A stretch of DNA of 61,180 nucleotides, the filler included, from Hausera hauseri (taxonomy: Eukaryota): assembly GCA_046269625.1 (NCBI GenBank). It is 10 parts of 10 records of this genome, joined end to end, with 100 filler letters (N's around TTAATTAATTAA, not from the genome) between each part and the next. Parts side by side here need not be neighbours in the genome. Positions count along the whole stretch, not along the records: positions 56,324 to 61,180 come from JBJURY010413589.1; 9 more parts are not named here. The stretch is one strand, 5' to 3'. A program made the translations under genes and the position numbers. A model generated the notes under the pieces. That model was not told the origin of the DNA. It saw only the letters and a list, made by a program, of their open reading frames with translations, and searched no databases. Numbering within the stretch: position 1 is the stretch's first letter; each line of letters opens with the position of its first letter. Shown piece after piece: positions 56,897 to 61,180 of the stretch.

Positions 56897-59800
56897 TTAC
56901 AGTGCCACATGCCCGTGAGGTAGTTTGTTTATTCCATCACACACGATATGCCTCTTGTCGTCCATCCAATCAAGGCTTTTCTTCTGTAATGCCACTGTCT
57001 CAATGTTATAATCCCTAGACTGGATCCTTCGCTCATGCAGAACTCTGACATAGTCATTGAAGCCAATCTTCTTGGCTAAGGTCGCCCTTTGAACCCCTTT
57101 AGCCCGCTTATTTACCTGGTCACTTACATCGATGACGTACATTTTTGATCTCAGCGCCACGAAACGGGTGATGATGTTTCCATTCACCTACTCTTTAAAC
57201 TTCCCGAGGACCTTTCTGTTGGCGGTGGAATAATTTGGATGAACCTTCGGATAGTCCAAGATATCCATATGCTGAACCAACTTAGCAAAATCTTCATAAA
57301 TGTCCTCCGTATGAATCTAATAAATGAAACTATCAGTATCCATATACATAAGCTGCAGCTCCTTGAACGTGGGGACCATGATGTTGTAATGAAAATCATA
57401 CATCAGGGTCTTTGGCAAATCCAGGCTTGACATCCTGACACAGATCGGCTTGTTAAACTCCAGGGATGTCTATAGCCTACGTATGCTGACTAGGTTTTCT
57501 GTATATATTGTGCTGTAATGGAAGTTGGGCTTGGCAATGAGCTTCTTTGCCCGCTTCCAGTCACACACCAACTCGATATTTATCCTGTTGCAGATGTTCT
57601 CCATCGTTTTGCCAAAGACTGAGTTGTTATACAACTTGAATTGATCCTTTTCGAAGACAGATTTGGATTTGGCCCTCAGCTGCGTGCTGAAATCTATGTA
57701 AAGCTGCAACTACATAGACTAGTTAAATGATAGGGCACGATGGATCCTTGTGACTTTGACACCATTTCTCATAGCCTGCTGGAGATTCATATAGTGGGCT
57801 ACATACCTTACCGGTTCATCCAAGTGGCAAAGCAACTTCTTGTGATTCCTATTTGGTGGATGCTTGCTCTCCGGGAGAAAAGGCAGTTGTTCTTGCCTTG
57901 AGTGGATGCTATGGGGATATTCTACACCCACTTCCGATATATGTATCCCCTATCTTCATTGGGGTCCAGATATTGTATTAAGAGCTCTTCGGGAAGCTCC
58001 ACCCATTTACAATTGTCATAGAGCAATGAGACACTCATTGCCCATCCATTTAAGTTATTTGCATCCAGGTATGTTTTATATGATGATGGCCTGGATGTAT
58101 CATATTCTGTCATGTATTTATTGTTTGCCTCACTATACCTGTGAATGGCCTGGCAGATTCCGCCCGAATGCCTCGCTCGATCATCAAGATCATATCATAG
58201 CCCTTTAAAATCTGGAGCCGTATGCCTGTATAGCGTAGCATCGCTGCACATCTCATTCCCAGAGCTGTGAAAAATGAGCTGGATCCAATTTGTAGAATTT
58301 AAGTGTGACATCCCGGAAGCTTTCAAATACAGCAGCAGCACATCTGTGAGGATATCGATGTCACTATATGCCCCTATCGTCCTACATTTGAATGCTTTCC
58401 AGACATTTTGAGCATGCTCATAGTCTTCATCATTGATGTCCGTGATGAAAGCCTACTGTAAAAATCCTTCTTAGCAGTCAATTCCGTTTCGTCAAGAGAT
58501 CTCCATGACGTTAGGTAGTCATAGGGGTATACTCCTTTCAATTTGACTAAGTCAAACGTTGCCAAGAAGAACCGCTTCGTTTCTTTGAGCTCATCAGCTG
58601 GAAGATTCTTGACCAGGCTGTCAAGGGATGAGCTCATGAAGCGCAAACTGTCTATGAAACGAAGCCGGATTCTCCTCACATGCTTTGTGAATATGACATA
58701 TTTCTCCTCACTGTTTGGGATCACATCGATGTTTCCTTCAATAGCCCTCAATTCCTGAACTATGAAATAGGAATCATAGCTGCTAAGGTTGTGGAATATC
58801 ACGGGAGCATATGTACATGTTTTGCAGCGTAAGTTGCAATCATTGCACCCTGCGCCTCGATACATGCCTGTTGTATGGCAATTATCTCGAACTTTGTAAT
58901 TGTCTAATATAAAGGCTTTTTCACAAAAGTAACACTGTGTTGCATTTTGCCATTCACATTTCTCATTTTGCGACCTTTTCATAGTATTTTTACACTGCTG
59001 GTGCATATTTTCGATCTTATGTGCAATTTACTCCAAGCGCTTCATGAAATGAAGCGCTGCATCTTAACCCCGGAATAGGAATTCCTCCTTGTCCATTCCT
59101 AATGCATACATGCAGTCTGATAACATCTTATGATATTGGAAAGTTGTCGTGCTTCTTTGCTGCGGATTCGGAGTGCAGCTGTGAACTGGACTGAGGATGG
59201 CTTGTAAGTCACAATATATGACAATCGGCACCTTCAACATATTTTCAAACTCTTTGCATTCAAGGTAATCCTTTTTGGGGAATTCTGCTCGGATGCAATA
59301 GTTTGTATTTCAATAAATCTTGTGCTCCTTGACCTTCTCCGCGGCAGTGTCATCACTGAAATGGGATAGACGTCGTTTGCAGATTTCCAGCCTTCACTTA
59401 TGCTTGGATATTTGGGATCCTACAAAGCTCTCAAAGTTTTTGATCCAGATGAAATGCCTCGTTTCTCCGTCATCTAGCAGGAGCAGATCCATATGATCCT
59501 CCAATTCCTCCTTGCACACACGTAGGGGATACAATTTTTCCTCCTCCAATCCAAAGATGTTGATGGAGATGTTGTTGACGCTTTCAAATTTGGCGACTTC
59601 ATCTAGGCTCGGCGGAAATGAAATACATCTGAAGTCATATGTGTGCTGCACTTTGCCATATATCCAAACTCTCAAAGCATTATGTTGATCCTGGACGAGT
59701 TTTTGACAAAATATCATACATGAAACACATGCTGTCCTTATTATGGACATTGATGCTTGACTTTTCTTAACTATCCATTGAGGAAGCGGTATATAGGTGC

Positions 59801-60150
59801 TGCCTCTCATCGGAGAATAATTGTGCACTTGCACAAGTAACCCCTTTATTGCTGCTAGAGTCCAACCGCTCTTCTTGTCTTGGCTTTTTTCGTCTTCGCA
59901 GATGAGCCTTGCATAGTCCTCAATAATGAAATCCTTAATGTTATAGGATTTCAATAGTGACTTGTTCTTTGTCTTGAAGGCTCTATTAGATAGCTTTCCT
60001 TAGACGTTGGTGAAGGTGGCTTCCAATTTGAAGTTTACCTTAAGGGCCTTTAGCTCCGACAAGTTGTCCTAAAGAATTCCAGCTGCCTCCTCCTTTGAAT
60101 GTTCCAGGAATTTGTGGAGCGATGTCTGCCCCACTGTGACTATGGAGTAT
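56897..60150 (-). pseudogene. Polinton/Maverick- or adintovirus-type protein-primed DNA polymerase B, heavily decayed (copy 2)
   Basis: KSGWTL...GSTYIPLP; CYFC...RDNCHTTGMYRGAGCNDCN; FHNLSSYD; FIDSLRFMSSSL; KGVYPYDY; YLDANNLNGWAMS; KLYNNSVFGKTMEN; YMDTDS; LRSKMY; RAKGV; DDKR...PHGH. Confidence 0.92.
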
Positions 60151-60737
60151 TGTCACACTTTGCTCTTCAATGCAACAGCATCAACTGGTCGCTGCCGTTG
60201 ACTTTAGGATCCATTATGTTGCGCCGGGGATCCAGGGCGCTGTGCCCAGGTTGATGCTGCGGGGATTGGCAGCGCTGCAGCTGTACAAGACATAACCGGA
60301 ACAATGCCTTCCGTCTGTACAGATGCGGTTGGTATAACTGGAACAATACCTCCCATCTGTGTAGATATTGCAGGCATAAGGGGAACAGTGCCTGTCTTGA
60401 ATATGGCCTTTTTTGACTTGGCCATGAAATTGCAAAAGTGGGTTTTATGAAATTCATGAAACTTACAGTATCTCTCCTGCGCTGACAGTTTCACATTCTG
60501 GGCATGTAAAATATTCTTCACTGTTCCAGATATGACCATAATATTTTTTCATATTTTCATGGCATTTCTGGGCATCATGTGAACCACTTGATAGGCAATA
60601 TGTGTATATTTCACATTTTTCAATGTTCTGTTGGGGGTATATGATGTTGAGACTAGAATAACGTTTATATGATATATGACCTTTGCCGGATAACGTTTCT
60701 ACTGACCGACCTTACTGACCGACGTTCACATATACAA

Positions 60738-60810
60738 TTACAATAATTTTGTGATTTGATAAACAGTTACAATAATTTTGTGATTTTATTACAATAATTT
60801 TGTGATTTGA
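60738..60810. repeat. Short tandem repeat upstream of pPolB copy 2
   Basis: TTACAATAATTTTGTGATTT occurs three times. CTGACCGAC occurs twice just before it. Confidence 0.7.
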
Positions 60811-61180
60811 TATTTCTGACATTTCGTAAATTTTGTATTTTTATTTTGTTTCATAAATCTTTCCTCCTTTTTCCTTATTTGTCGAACCCAAATGATGGGT
60901 ATACTTTTACCACTGTTACTATGAGTATATTGTTATCCAGGACATTTGGTCGACTGACGCTGGGATTAAAAGCCTTGAAGTAAAAATAGTTAGAAATAAA
61001 AATGAGAAAACCATAGATATATTCATTGAACTATAGACGTAGTGCCGTCATATAGTTCCAAGAAAAAGAAAAATTTAAATATATAATTTTTCACGATAGA
61101 ACTTGATATTGGTTAGAATCGAAAAATATACCATACATTACTCTGAAATTATTGCATATTTGATTTCTTTTTTTGATTGA

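Noticed and set aside
52365-57730. Alternative genetic code (TAA/TAG read as Gln), suggested by in-frame TAR stops in PolB copy 1 and a TAG after F-N in both copies
   Set aside because: Frameshifts co-occur, and in copy 2 a TAG also replaces a conserved Trp. Ordinary transition decay explains the pattern.

Overview
This is not a contiguous locus. It is ten unrelated eukaryotic contigs joined by 100-bp artificial spacers (N-run, TTAATTAATTAA, N-run), mostly transposon-derived and probably from more than one organism: one contig is teleost-fish-like and the others look invertebrate-like. The standout is contig 23201-37930, an intact Ty3/Gypsy LTR element with a single uninterrupted 4249-codon ORF. 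Its order is Gag(CCHC), a ~900-aa insert with tandem SIM-like motifs and a ubiquitin/SUMO-like domain, a signal peptide plus chuvirus-type glycoprotein with TM and a YPDL tail, protease, RT, RNase H, integrase, a second signal peptide plus FN3-like ectodomain with TM, and a catalytically degenerate REXO4/ISG20-like exonuclease. The fusogen is therefore in-frame between Gag and Pol rather than a separate env ORF after pol. Other contents: decayed CsRn1-like Gypsy elements next to decayed host-gene pieces (ZNFX1, MEIOB, FRY); a decayed BEL/Pao element whose Gag has an N-terminal LRGG-ended ubiquitin-like domain and tandem CCCH fingers; a 5.9-kb (GAAC)n satellite; MITE, mariner, SINE and RTE remnants; the 5' part of a fish NLR gene; and two decayed Polinton/adintovirus-type pPolB genes. 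All domain calls come from motif recognition by eye, not from database searches.
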